Source of the DNA: an uncultured bacterium
Lineage (GTDB): Bacteria; Patescibacteriota; Minisyncoccia; Moranbacterales; GWC2-37-73
Direction: 5' to 3'
NCBI GenBank assembly: GCA_903885965.1
Contig: CAISKQ010000057.1
Span: forward strand, 1-59,101
DNA length: 59,101 nt
Each line of letters starts with the position of its first letter. Position 1 is the first letter of the stretch. The translations under genes were made by a program, and so were the position numbers. The notes beneath the pieces were generated by a model that saw nothing but the letters and a program-made list of their open reading frames with translations, ran no database searches and was not told the DNA's origin. Shown here one piece after another: positions 58,967 through 59,101 of this stretch.

Positions 58967-59101
58967 GTGCGCCAAGAGAAGCTGAGTGTTTACAGTTGGT
59001 TCAAATCCAACCTGCTTAAAGGCTAACCACCAGAGCAGTACAGAACTCTGCATGTTAATTCAGTAATGAATTAGTGTGAAGCCAGAGCAATGGACTTGTT
59101 A
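58967..59101 (+). mobile_element. 5' end of a group II intron (start of domain I), truncated by window end
   Basis: GTGCG start; GTTGG TTCAAAT CCAAC hairpin; Ic-like CTCTGC...TTAATTCA GTAA TGAATTAG...TGAAGCCAGAG with a GNRA loop. Confidence 0.65.

Noticed and set aside
58868-59053. 61-aa minus-strand ORF at the window end
   Set aside because: Antisense to the promoter and intron-like RNA; no protein features.

Overview
59-kb AT-rich chromosomal window, inferred to be from a Patescibacteria/CPR (Parcubacteria-like) bacterium. The inference rests on a pilus cluster without a secretin, TrmB-type regulator, mini-TsaB, weak SD signals and standard code 11. Contents in order: HK/RR plus type IV pilus operon; a TrmB / radical SAM / micropeptide islet; four tRNAs; vanW-like, hsp20, valS; a 6.6-kb mosaic of gene fragments and long palindromes; tsaD, an ECF sigma, tRNA-Glu, a dedA pair, esterase, GT4, ahpC, sod, CAP protein, tRNA-Gly, gldA, nrdAB, FKBP, an ASCH-shikimate dehydrogenase fusion, PBP1A, amidase, rpoBC, NUDIX and Elp3. 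The best candidate for a new system is an unannotated 23-aa peptide (MSGANTGSKGSRNGGANTGSVGS, GANTGS twice) co-transcribed behind a SPASM-less radical SAM enzyme, divergent from a TrmB regulator, i.e. a minimal RiPP-like locus. Other highlights: group II intron termini at both window ends (one directly after a promoter, one in front of the pilus operon); a diverged second copy of the rpoB promoter/leader that reveals a structured leader RNA; tRNAs followed by antisense copies of their own 3' ends; several palindrome/MITE families, some inserted in frame in housekeeping genes. All calls are by eye; no searches were run.
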